Assembly: GCA_947650745.1 (NCBI GenBank)
Contig: CANSWM010000004.1
Span: 1 to 32,000, forward strand
DNA from: an uncultured Clostridium sp.
GTDB lineage: Bacteria; Bacillota; Clostridia; TANB77; CAG-508
DNA length: 32,000 nucleotides
Direction: 5' to 3'
This document shows, one piece after another, positions 21,184 through 31,122 of the stretch; within the stretch, counting starts at the first letter, position 1; every line of letters starts with the position of its first letter. A program made the translations under genes and the position numbers. The notes beneath the pieces were generated by a model. The model was not told where the DNA came from and made no database searches. It saw only the letters and a program-made list of their open reading frames with translations.

Positions 21184-21675
21184 TTATTTATATTGTTGTG
21201 ATTTTTCTTCTAACATTTTGAAATCACAACATCTATCAATTATTCTTTGTGGTAGTTTTTTGTTTATAACTCTATTATATAAATTTTTAGCTCTGTTTAA
21301 GATTATATTTGCATTTTCCCTTTCATTGCACCAATGTATTTGCTTATATAATAATGTTTTATATGTTTGATCTTGTTCATTTTCGACATCAATTTTTATA
21401 CATTGCTCCATTGGAATTGGTATCATATTATTAAAGTTAATTGCTCCTAAACTTCCATTATCTATTTTTAAAAAGTCTATTGTATTCTTCATTTTTAAGT
21501 GTTTTGGTTTAGGAGATGTGAATGGTGCAAAATATAGTATTTCATCTACTTTTAATACAATTCCTATAAATGGTCTTCTTGCTTTTTCATCATAGGATTT
21601 TGATATTCTTTTATCAAATTGGCTCATATATTTTACATATTCTTCTTTAACTATATAAAAATTTAATTTTTCCAT
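21184..21675 (-). CDS. toxN: type III toxin-antitoxin toxin, ToxN/AbiQ-family endoribonuclease
   Basis: The 163-aa ORF begins MEKLNFYIVKEEYVKYMSQFDKRISKS...RRPFIGIVLKVDEILYFAPFTSPKPKH. This matches the conserved N-terminal core recalled for ToxN and AbiQ. It has an AGGAG SD and lies directly downstream of tandem RNA repeats and a hairpin. Confidence 0.85.
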   Translation of the reverse strand: MEKLNFYIVKEEYVKYMSQFDKRISKSYDEKARRPFIGIVLKVDEILYFAPFTSPKPKHLKMKNTIDFLKIDNGSLGAINFNNMIPIPMEQCIKIDVENEQDQTYKTLLYKQIHWCNERENANIILNRAKNLYNRVINKKLPQRIIDRCCDFKMLEEKSQQYK

Positions 21676-21696
21676 TTATTGCTCCTTAATAAATTA

Positions 21697-21716
21697 GGAT
21701 ACCATTTCTGGTATCC
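21697..21716 (-). terminator. hairpin between the antitoxin repeats and toxN (attenuating terminator as in ToxIN loci)
   Basis: GGATACCA (21697-21704) pairs with TGGTATCC (21709-21716) around a 4-nt loop. On the minus strand it is followed by UAAUUUAUU and then the toxN SD. Confidence 0.6.
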
Positions 21717-21720
21717 CTAC

Positions 21721-21830
21721 TTTTTTCGTTCTTCACTTTATGGTAGAAGTTCACCGCTTTTTTCGTTCCCCACTTTATGGTAGAGGCTCACCGCTTTTTT
21801 CGTTCCTCACTTATGGTAGAGGCTTACCGC
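21721..21830 (-). ncRNA. toxI: ToxI/antiQ-like antitoxin RNA, three tandem 36-37 nt direct repeats
   Basis: The repeats occupy 21721-21757, 21758-21794 and 21795-21830. The plus-strand unit is TTTTTTCGTTCYYCACTT(T)ATGGTAGARGYTYACCGC. The minus-strand unit is GCGGUGARCYUCUACCAUAAAGUGRRGAACGAAAAAA. The units are contiguous with no spacers, each ends in an A6 tract, and they lie between a consensus promoter and toxN. Confidence 0.8.
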
Positions 21831-21872
21831 TTTTTAAACAATAATCAAATTATTGTTTATTTTATTATATTC

Positions 21873-21901
21873 ATTATAAGTTATTTTATTACATTTGTCA
21901 A
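21873..21901 (-). promoter_or_regulatory. consensus sigma-A promoter driving toxI-toxN
   Basis: On the minus strand, TTGACA (21896-21901), an exactly 17-nt spacer and TATAAT (21873-21878) lie about 40 nt upstream of the first repeat. Confidence 0.65.
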
Positions 21902-21920
21902 TCATTTTACATTGACTTTT

Positions 21921-21941
21921 GAGGTTCCAATTTGGAACCTC
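21921..21941. other. perfect 9-bp palindromic hairpin upstream of the toxIN promoter
   Basis: GAGGTTCCA (21921-21929) pairs with TGGAACCTC (21933-21941) around a 3-nt loop. It lies between the HAD gene end and the toxIN -35 box and may act as an insulator, terminator or operator. The flanking runs do not give a clean minus-strand U-tract. Confidence 0.4.
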
Positions 21942-22057
21942 ATTAATTTTATAATTAGTTTTTTACTTCTCTTTAATTTCTTTATAATTATATATCATAT
22001 TTACCACTGGCTCTATTTTAAACTAATTACTCGCACTCATCAATCAAATGTGGATAA

Positions 22058-22633
22058 TTAGTTTAATTCTTTTATAATTCTATATATGTCTCCCCAATTA
22101 TTTACTTCTTTTATGTTCTTGTTTTCTTCTAGTTTTACTAAATCTGTATCTCTAAAATATAATGTTTTTATATTATTGTCTGCTAATTTCTTTATGATTC
22201 TCCAATCATCATCAATCATAATATCTATGTTTTCATTTTTGCATACTTCTAATTTATCATCAATTTTCCAATAATATTTATCAAAAATAATCTTATTTTC
22301 TTCTAATAATCTTATTGCATCATCTTTCATCTCTTTAACAAATCCACCTCTAGCAGTAATAACTACAAATTCGTGTCCTTGTTTTTTTAGTAGATTATAT
22401 ACTCCTACAAACCCTGACATTAGATTACTTTCTTTTGATACTGTTAAAAAATATTTTTCAATAAATTCTTGTTTTTGTTCTTCTGTCCAATTATATCTAG
22501 CTTGAAATTTTGGCTCTTCTCTATTTATTAAATTATTTCCTTTTACAGTATCTATATCAAATATTTCTTCATAAGTTCTAAAAGTTGTTTCACTGTCTAT
22601 AACAACTCCATCTAAATCTATTCCTATCTTCAT
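22058..22633 (-). CDS. HAD-superfamily 5-prime(3-prime)-deoxyribonucleotidase-like phosphatase
   Basis: MKIGIDLDGVVIDSE carries the DxDG(V/T) HAD motif I. Downstream are VVITARGG and IMIDD motifs. GGAGG SD lies 5 nt upstream of ATG 22633. The track ORF begins at an upstream TTG (22645). Confidence 0.7.
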   Translation of the reverse strand: MKIGIDLDGVVIDSETTFRTYEEIFDIDTVKGNNLINREEPKFQARYNWTEEQKQEFIEKYFLTVSKESNLMSGFVGVYNLLKKQGHEFVVITARGGFVKEMKDDAIRLLEENKIIFDKYYWKIDDKLEVCKNENIDIMIDDDWRIIKKLADNNIKTLYFRDTDLVKLEENKNIKEVNNWGDIYRIIKELN

Positions 22634-22650
22634 TACTTCCTCCAATATTT

Positions 22651-23280
22651 TTATGTTTGACCTTTTCTATCTTTTAAATATTTCTTTACTGTTTCAATTA
22701 CTTCATTATGTACTTTTCCATTACTAATAACTGCTCCATTTATGCTTTCATCATATCTTTGTTCATTTCCAAATAAATCTGTAACTTTTCCTCCTGCTTC
22801 TTCTACTATAACCTTAACTGCTGCAATATCACAATTTTTATGTTTTGTACCAGGAAAAATAGCAAGACTAAAATCTCCAGAAGCAACACACATACAAGCT
22901 CTTATAATGCTTCCTAATCCAATAATATATGTTTTATTTCCTAATTCTTGTAATACATTAGATATATTATAATCTGCTCCAACCCATAAATCATAATGAC
23001 ATACAGTTTTCATATCATCTAATTCATAGTCATTTACAGTTATTTTTTCTCCGTTTTTATATGCACCTTGTCCTTTTATAGCAGTATATAAGCTATCTGT
23101 AAAAGGATCATATACTAATCCAACTGCTGATTTTCCCTTAATAACTAAAGCTAGTGAAAATACTGCTACTGGAATATGTGTAGCATACATTGCTGTTCCA
23201 TCAACTGGATCACATACCCATACATAATCACTTTTTCCAAATTGTTCTTCTTCTCCATCTACTGAATGAGAGGGATATTT
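22651..23280 (-). CDS. inositol monophosphatase/FIG-superfamily protein, with the open frame extending upstream of its first ATG without a start codon
   Basis: The frame of ORF 22651..23190 stays open to 23280. It encodes KYPSHSVDGEEEQFGKSDYVWVCDPVDGTAMY..., containing the IMPase GEE and W-x-x-DP-x-DGT metal-binding motifs. No ATG, GTG or TTG is available upstream of 23190, so it is probably joined to 23259..23645 by a frameshift. Confidence 0.65.
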   Translation of the reverse strand, partial: KYPSHSVDGEEEQFGKSDYVWVCDPVDGTAMYATHIPVAVFSLALVIKGKSAVGLVYDPFTDSLYTAIKGQGAYKNGEKITVNDYELDDMKTVCHYDLWVGADYNISNVLQELGNKTYIIGLGSIIRACMCVASGDFSLAIFPGTKHKNCDIAAVKVIVEEAGGKVTDLFGNEQRYDESINGAVISNGKVHNEVIETVKKYLKDRKGQT

Positions 23281-23645
23281 TTATATCTCTTTTTTATTTC
23301 ATTTATACATATCTCTACACTTGTTCCTGTACTGTGCATTGCTTCAACTACTAAAAATACTGGTTCTTTTTTATTTATTTCTATCGAATCAAATGGATTA
23401 AAAATCATTTCAATTTTGTTCTCTCCATTTTTATAAGCTATATGTTTAACTTGCATAGGCAAAAATTTTATTATATTTAATTTATTAGAAATATATGTTG
23501 TTGGTACTGCACCACTTCTTAAAACAGGACATATATAATCTATCTTTATTTTATTATCTTGAATATATTTTCTTAAATGGTCGCATAATTTGTCTATATG
23601 TTGTAAAAATTCATTATGCTCCATTCTCTTATAATTTTTTTCCAT
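23259..23645 (-). CDS. N-terminal ORF with a PRTase-like PRPP-loop signature, probably the 5-prime part of the IMPase-like gene
   Basis: The 128-aa ORF contains ICPVLRSGAVP and EPVFLVVEAMHSTGTSVE, which resemble type I phosphoribosyltransferase motifs with the acidic residues replaced. It ends ...INEIKKRYKNIPLIQ. The +1 frame continues as KYPSHSVDGEEE. Confidence 0.45.
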   Translation of the reverse strand: MEKNYKRMEHNEFLQHIDKLCDHLRKYIQDNKIKIDYICPVLRSGAVPTTYISNKLNIIKFLPMQVKHIAYKNGENKIEMIFNPFDSIEINKKEPVFLVVEAMHSTGTSVEICINEIKKRYKNIPLIQ

Positions 23646-23726
23646 CCCTTACTCTCCTTATCATTCTGCTGTAATTTTATCACAGGTTGACAATTTTTAC
23701 AATAAAATCCAAAATTAAAAATTCTA

Positions 23727-24656
23727 TTATTCACATAACATACTTTCATTTCTAACTTTATCTAAACATCTATCAATTTCAATAACATTGGTTGATCTAA
23801 CTAACATTTCATTAATCTTACTTCTATTCCCCTTTAATGTTAATATATCAATGTTTCTTTTAGATTCTTTATTATCTCCATAAACTATATTTAATTTATG
23901 CAATTTCCCTGTATCGATAAAAGGCATAAAAACAATATACTTTTTATCTTCTGTCATAAAATCTGCTTTATTCCAATTAGAAAGCAATATTTCTTTTCCT
24001 TTATAAATTTCTTTTACTATGTCATAAATATCTATATCTTTAATAGTCTTTATCAATTCTAAATTATCATCTGTTGGATTGATTACCTGTATAGATTTAC
24101 CACTTATTGTAAAATACTTATTTCTTTTATTCATCCTATCAAAATCTTCTAAAAACACGATTATTTTATCATTTGAAAACATCTTATTAATATCGGTTAA
24201 AGTTTGTTTTACATATAATGGATTATTTCTATTTGAAATATAATACACAATATACTTATTTTGTAAGATTTCCAATTCACCAATATATTTTCTACCTAAA
24301 TCTGTATAAATGTTATTTTCTTTTAGCTCCCAACTAGGTATAAAATTTATATCATCTTCAAATCCAAGCATTGCAATTTTTGCTACATCTTTTATTCTAT
24401 CTTTGTAATCTTTATTTCTACAAAGATTATAACTTTCATACCCAAAATCTTGTAATAATCTTCTTCCCTCTATATCAATTTTTATATAATATGTATTTTC
24501 TCTTTTTACATACCCTGCCTTTTCTAATACTTTTAATCTTTTTCTATAATAATCTTTAGATTTATAAATCTTTTTACAATCAACTGATTTTATTTGCTTA
24601 TATCTACCTATAAAACATATAAGCTCTATATCCCTTGAACTTAATCTTATTTTCAT
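23727..24656 (-). CDS. winged-helix (replication-relaxation/MarR-like) domain protein
   Basis: GGAGG SD lies 9 nt upstream of ATG 24656. The N-terminal MKIRLSSRDIELICFIGRYKQIKSVDCKKIY...YYRKRLKVLEKAGYVKR looks like a wHTH of plasmid/ICE replication-relaxation proteins. The rest is unassigned. Confidence 0.5.
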   Translation of the reverse strand: MKIRLSSRDIELICFIGRYKQIKSVDCKKIYKSKDYYRKRLKVLEKAGYVKRENTYYIKIDIEGRRLLQDFGYESYNLCRNKDYKDRIKDVAKIAMLGFEDDINFIPSWELKENNIYTDLGRKYIGELEILQNKYIVYYISNRNNPLYVKQTLTDINKMFSNDKIIVFLEDFDRMNKRNKYFTISGKSIQVINPTDDNLELIKTIKDIDIYDIVKEIYKGKEILLSNWNKADFMTEDKKYIVFMPFIDTGKLHKLNIVYGDNKESKRNIDILTLKGNRSKINEMLVRSTNVIEIDRCLDKVRNESMLCE

Positions 24657-25169
24657 AATCTCAAACCTCCATTTCTTAATTAAACTAATATACATCATCT
24701 TTTTTTCTTTTGAACCCCTTTCCTGTATGTACACCCTAAACTCCATACAGTGTTTTTCTTTTGTTTTTAGATCTCTTAATCTTTTGCATACTTTTATTTT
24801 GTCCGCCTTTTTGCTAATAAAAATTAGTCAAATCGGACATATTTCTGCTATCAAAAATTCTGAATTTTATATCCGTTTCTTTATCTATTTTTTCATTTAT
24901 TTGTATCTGTAAATCTATTAGCTTTTACATTTAAAACTTTAATTTTGAGCAAAGCTTTTTAGAATAAAAAAATAAAGTGCTATTGCTAACACTCTATTTC
25001 CTGTAATCGGCATATTAAATTTTTTATTTTAGCTATGTCAATGGACATATTCCTTACCTATCAGTTAGGCTATTACTTTTTACTATTTTTACAAAATTAG
25101 TCGTTTTTTTAAGTTTTTTATAAAATTTTATGTTTTCATCATTTTTATCAAACTCACTTATATCAATGC

Positions 25170-25424
25170 TTACAAGTTTTCTATTTCAGATATTCCCACC
25201 TTATATTCAATATCTTCCATAAATGGAAAAATTTCCATTATATATTTCTTAGTTACCATAGCCATTTTAGCTGGTGGATTTTTTTGTCCTACATTTATTA
25301 GCTTTTGTGTATAACAATTTTCAGCAGTCTTAAAAAGCAGATATCTATTTGTTAAATAAGTAAAGTAAACTTGATATCCTTCATTTAAAATACCTTCAAA
25401 TTGTTCAAAAGTAAAATTTTCCAT
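25170..25424 (-). CDS. hypothetical protein (84 aa)
   Basis: Intact ORF immediately downstream of ligA, with a weak SD (AAAGG). No family recognised. Confidence 0.4.
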   Translation of the reverse strand: MENFTFEQFEGILNEGYQVYFTYLTNRYLLFKTAENCYTQKLINVGQKNPPAKMAMVTKKYIMEIFPFMEDIEYKVGISEIENL

Positions 25425-25482
25425 TTCGAAATTACCTTTCTTGAATATCTATAACGTTCCTTGATGTTCAATGTTTGCCAAT

Positions 25483-27483
<2,001 letters not shown>

Positions 27484-27508
27484 TTGTTTATTTTCCTCCT
27501 ATAAAAGC

Positions 27509-28114
27509 TTATCTATCTTTAAATAGGTCTTTTCCCCCTTTTATGTAATCCCATCCCGAAAATATTGTGCTAAATACTGAAATTAACATCATAATACTTG
27601 TAATCATATTTATAACAAGCTCTGGGAATGTTAAATTTCCATGTATAAATCCAAAAAATATATTTGTTCCATTTATATTTATAAAAGCAAATATTATTGC
27701 TATCATTTGCGTTACTGTTTTTAGTTTTCCCCAATTTGATGCTGCAATAACTTTTCCTCCTTGTTCTACTGCAATTAATCTATATGCAGATACAACAAAT
27801 TCTCTTGTTAATACTATTATTGGTATCCATGCAGGTAGCATTTGTTTTTCTACTAAAATTAGCATTGCAGCAAGTACTAATATTTTATCTGCAATTGGGT
27901 CTAAAAATTTTCCAAAGTTTGTCACTAAATTTTTAGAACGAGCTATTGAGCCATCTAGTTTATCGGTAATTGAAGCAATTATAAATATAAAATTCATTAT
28001 CCAGAATTGTAGTTCAATTCCAAAAATTTCATTTGTTAGCCCTAAGAATGGAATTATTACCATTACTGGAACAAGGCATATTCTAATAATTGTTAATTTA
28101 TTTGGTAAATTCAT
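27509..28114 (-). CDS. pgsA: CDP-diacylglycerol--glycerol-3-phosphate 3-phosphatidyltransferase
   Basis: Intact 201-aa ORF. The CDP-alcohol phosphatidyltransferase motif is DKLDGSIARSKNLVTNFGKFLDPIADK. It has multiple TM helices and no in-frame CGG. Confidence 0.9.
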   Translation of the reverse strand: MNLPNKLTIIRICLVPVMVIIPFLGLTNEIFGIELQFWIMNFIFIIASITDKLDGSIARSKNLVTNFGKFLDPIADKILVLAAMLILVEKQMLPAWIPIIVLTREFVVSAYRLIAVEQGGKVIAASNWGKLKTVTQMIAIIFAFININGTNIFFGFIHGNLTFPELVINMITSIMMLISVFSTIFSGWDYIKGGKDLFKDR

Positions 28115-28230
28115 ATTATTTTGTTTCTCCTTTTGTTTTTTACTTCTCCTATTATATCTAATATTTCAAAAAAAATAAAGAGGTTTTTGATTAATAAAAT
28201 TATCCCCCTTTATTTTTTAGATTTTTTTAT

Positions 28231-29214
28231 TTACAATAATTCTTTTCTTATCTCTTCTTCTGTCTTTTCAGACATCCATGCTGGTGCAATATCAAATACT
28301 GTCTTTGCTCCAAACTGACCTTCTTTATTCATTCTATATGCTGCTCTTGCAAGTGCAATTAGAACTGAGGCTGTAAATTCTGGGTTTGAATCTAATTTTA
28401 ACGAGTATTCTATTATCTGCTTATTACCATTTCCAGTTTCTGTGCTATGTATAACAAAACCACCATGTGACATTTTGCTGTGATTTTTCCTTAGTTCATC
28501 TTCTGTCACAAAATGAACAGTTGTATCATAATCACTAAAATAGTTTGGCATAGTTTTAATTTCTTCTTCAATAGCTTTTGTATCTGCTTCATCTTCTGCT
28601 ACTACAAAGCATTCTCTTAAATGTTTTTCCCTTGTTGTTAATTTCGGATATTCTCCATTTCTTACGCTTTCTATCGCCTGTTCTATTGGAATTGTATATT
28701 GAATAGCATTTTTTACGCCACTAATACGTCTTATTGCATCAGAATGGCCTTGGCTTACACCCCTTCCCCAAAATGTATATGTTTTACCTTCTGGTAAAAT
28801 ACTATTTGCATAAAGTCTCATTATAGAAAACATTCCAGGGTCCCAACCTCCAGATATTATAGATGTTTTTTTAGAACATTTTGCCTTAACATCAACACTT
28901 TCAAAATACTCAGGTATTTTTGCATGTGTATCAAAACTATCAACTGTATTAAAGAACTGTGCTACCTCAGGTACTTGACTAGGTAAATCTGTTGCTGAGC
29001 CTCCACACATAATGATAACATCTATTTTGTCTGTCCAATTTTTCATATCATTATAACTTGCTATTTTTACATTAGATAATATTTTTAATTCATTTGGATT
29101 TCTTCTTGTAAAAATTGTAGTAAGTTCCATATCTTTAGATTTACCTATTTCTTTTTCAATTCCCTTTCCCAAATTACCATATCCACAAATTGCAACTCTT
29201 ATTTTTGGTTCCAT
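28231..29214 (-). CDS. ddh: meso-diaminopimelate D-dehydrogenase
   Basis: MEPKIRVAICGYGNLGKGIEKEI...GGWDPGMFS...FWGRGVSQGHSDAIRRI...LKLDSNPEFTAS closely parallels the Corynebacterium Ddh sequence as recalled. GGGAGGA SD lies upstream of ATG 29214. There is no in-frame CGG. Confidence 0.85.
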   Translation of the reverse strand: MEPKIRVAICGYGNLGKGIEKEIGKSKDMELTTIFTRRNPNELKILSNVKIASYNDMKNWTDKIDVIIMCGGSATDLPSQVPEVAQFFNTVDSFDTHAKIPEYFESVDVKAKCSKKTSIISGGWDPGMFSIMRLYANSILPEGKTYTFWGRGVSQGHSDAIRRISGVKNAIQYTIPIEQAIESVRNGEYPKLTTREKHLRECFVVAEDEADTKAIEEEIKTMPNYFSDYDTTVHFVTEDELRKNHSKMSHGGFVIHSTETGNGNKQIIEYSLKLDSNPEFTASVLIALARAAYRMNKEGQFGAKTVFDIAPAWMSEKTEEEIRKELL

Positions 29215-29322
29215 ATTTAATTCCTCCCTACCTGACAAATAAAATTTACCATTTTCCTACAATAATTACTATACTATATATGATTTTAAAAAGCAAGTAA
29301 ACATTGCAAATTTTTGTTCTTT

Positions 29323-30425
29323 CTATTTTTTATCAAATAAAGTCTTTACTATTCCCTTATCTATCAGTGTCTCAAATATAGATTTAAGTATTATAATTAT
29401 TATTGGTCCGAATTAGCATTCCGAATATTCCTATTGCCTTATATCCTGTATACATAGCAATTAGCGTAAATATTGGGTGTATTCCTATTTCGCTACTTAC
29501 CACTTTGGGCTCTAACAATTGTCTTGCAACTGTGATTATTATATATAAAACCACTAATGCCATTGCAAGATTTATATCTCCTTGCATGCCGTACGATTAC
29601 AGCCCAAGGCAACATTACCGTTCCTGAGCCAAGTATTGGCAGTGCATCTGAAAATGCTATGAGTAGAGCCATAAGTAGTGGATAACCTACATTTAGTCCA
29701 AATATTTCAAAAGCAAATAATCCGTATTAATACTAATATAAAGTTAATTACAATTAATATCACTTGTGCTTTTAAGTATCCTCCCAAAAGTTTTGTAATT
29801 TTTCTTATGTTTTTGCTTATTTTTTTTACCCATTCTTTTGGAAAATGATGTTCTATTTGGTCTAATATATATATTCTGTCTGCACAAATAAAATATGTCG
29901 CAAGTATAGTTACAACTGTATATATTCCAACTGTTCCAATTGAAGATAGTACTGTAAGCATTGATGTTAAAAATCCTGTTATCCAATTTGATGCTTTATC
30001 TAAAAAACTTGCTGCTGAATTTTTTAGCATTGTAACTACTTCTTCTGATATATTTAGCTCTTCAAAATTTAACTTATCTACTAAACCTACTATATGCCCG
30101 ATATCCTATACTTACATAGTCATTTAACATTTTAAGTAGATTTGCGCCTTCATCAATTAGAACTGCAATTCCCCATACAAGAAGACCTACAATTATTGCA
30201 AACACTAATGCCAAGATAATTATTGCGCTTGGTTTTCTTTGTATTTTTGTTTTTCTCGAAAACCATTTTATAATAGGTTCTACCATAATTGCTATAACAA
30301 ACGCAATCAAAAATGGCATGTAAAATACTGCCATTTTGAAAGCAAGGTATATTCCGCACAAGACTTAAAAGTAATGTAAGTAATCTTTTAGTAACTCTTT
30401 TTAAATATCCTATATCTATAACCAT
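29323..30425 (-). CDS. ytvI: AI-2E/PerM-family sporulation integral membrane protein YtvI-like, 365 codons after 5 CGG +1 events
   Basis: CGG sites are 30354-30356, 30098-30100, 29722-29724, 29589-29591 and 29408-29410. Junctions read ...LLSLVGIYLAFKMAVFYMPF..., ...VSIGYGHIVGLVDKLNF..., ...ILVLIGLFAFEIFGLNVGYPLLMALLIAFSDALPILGSGTVMLPWAVIVGMQGDINLAMA... and ...IFGMLIGPIIIIILKSIFETLIDKG... Confidence 0.85.
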
Positions 30426-30489
30426 TTATTCCTCCACAGTTTGTCCTTCGTTTTTATATTATATTCTTTCAATTTATATATTATTCTAT

Positions 30490-31122
30490 TTAATCATCAA
30501 AATCTTCTGTATCATCTAAGTTGATAAGTATGTCTTCTGCTGGTGGGACTTCATTATATTCATATTCAAATGTGTCTGTATTTCTTGTTCTTCCTCTTCT
30601 TGGTTTTGTTTTAGTTACGCTTGAAGTAGTTTTCGCCTCTTTTACTTCTTTTGCCTTCTCTTTAATAGGTGCTTCTTTTTCTATTTGTTTTTTAGCTTTT
30701 TCATCACATTTTATTTGTATTTGTTTATTAATTAATGCATTTACTTTTTCTATTGCATCTGGCATATAATCTAAAAGTTTATCTACTGCTGAAGAGTGAT
30801 TTACTGGAAGTAATTTAACATTTCCTGTTTGTACTACTAAAAACGCTATTGGGCTTATATTAACACCTGCTCCACTTCCTCCACCAAAAGGCAATCGATA
30901 TTGTACTTGTTCTTCCTCCTCTTTTCTTGAGTATTCATTTACTGTCTCTCCTTTAAATTCACTACCTCCTGCTGCAAAACCAAATGACACTTTTGATATT
31001 GGAATAATTACTGTATTATTACTCGTCTCTATTGGTTCACCTATTATTGTATTTACATCTACCATATCTTGTATACTATTCATAGCTGTAATCATAAGAC
31101 CTTCTATTGGATGTTCGTTCAT
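30490..31122 (-). CDS. ytfJ: sporulation protein YtfJ (GerW family) with a charged C-terminal extension
   Basis: MNEHPIEGLMITAMNSIQDMVDVNTIIGEPIETSNNTVIIPISKVSFGFAAGGSEF is a characteristic GerW/YtfJ N-terminus. The ORF is intact. Confidence 0.85.
   Translation of the reverse strand: MNEHPIEGLMITAMNSIQDMVDVNTIIGEPIETSNNTVIIPISKVSFGFAAGGSEFKGETVNEYSRKEEEEQVQYRLPFGGGSGAGVNISPIAFLVVQTGNVKLLPVNHSSAVDKLLDYMPDAIEKVNALINKQIQIKCDEKAKKQIEKEAPIKEKAKEVKEAKTTSSVTKTKPRRGRTRNTDTFEYEYNEVPPAEDILINLDDTEDFDD

Larger units (their letters stand above)
18413..25169. mobile_element. putative integrated element/genomic island carrying a serine recombinase (boundaries approximate)
   Basis: The block lies between the ABC exporter operon and the ligA-proximal region. 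It holds a large serine recombinase at one end, a type III TA locus, nucleotide-metabolism genes, a wHTH replication-relaxation-like protein, and ORF-poor AT-rich flanks. No clear att repeats were found by eye. Confidence 0.45.

Noticed and set aside
21721-21830. Tandem repeats as a small CRISPR array.
   Set aside because: The repeats are contiguous with no spacers, there are only three units, and there are no cas genes. A promoter lies upstream and a ToxN-like ORF downstream, which fits a type III antitoxin RNA.
21777-22061. Plus-strand 94-aa ORF (MVEAHRFFRSSLMVEAYRFL...).
   Set aside because: Its repetitive N-terminus is just the translation of the tandem RNA repeats. The rest is low-complexity I/F-rich, there is no SD, and it overlaps the toxIN promoter.
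18413-25169. Shared TTTTTACAAA(A)TTA in both island flanks as att direct repeats.
   Set aside because: A 10-mer made only of A/T (apart from one C) in about 20% GC DNA is expected by chance. No supporting inverted-repeat structure was found.
29744-29986. Alternative-frame 80-aa minus ORF inside ytvI, and 30153..30425 as independent genes.
   Set aside because: They are the 0-frame run-ons after CGG sites or an off-frame overlap. Their sequences are N/Y/C-rich nonsense, whereas the +1 path gives continuous AI-2E/YtvI-like TM helices.
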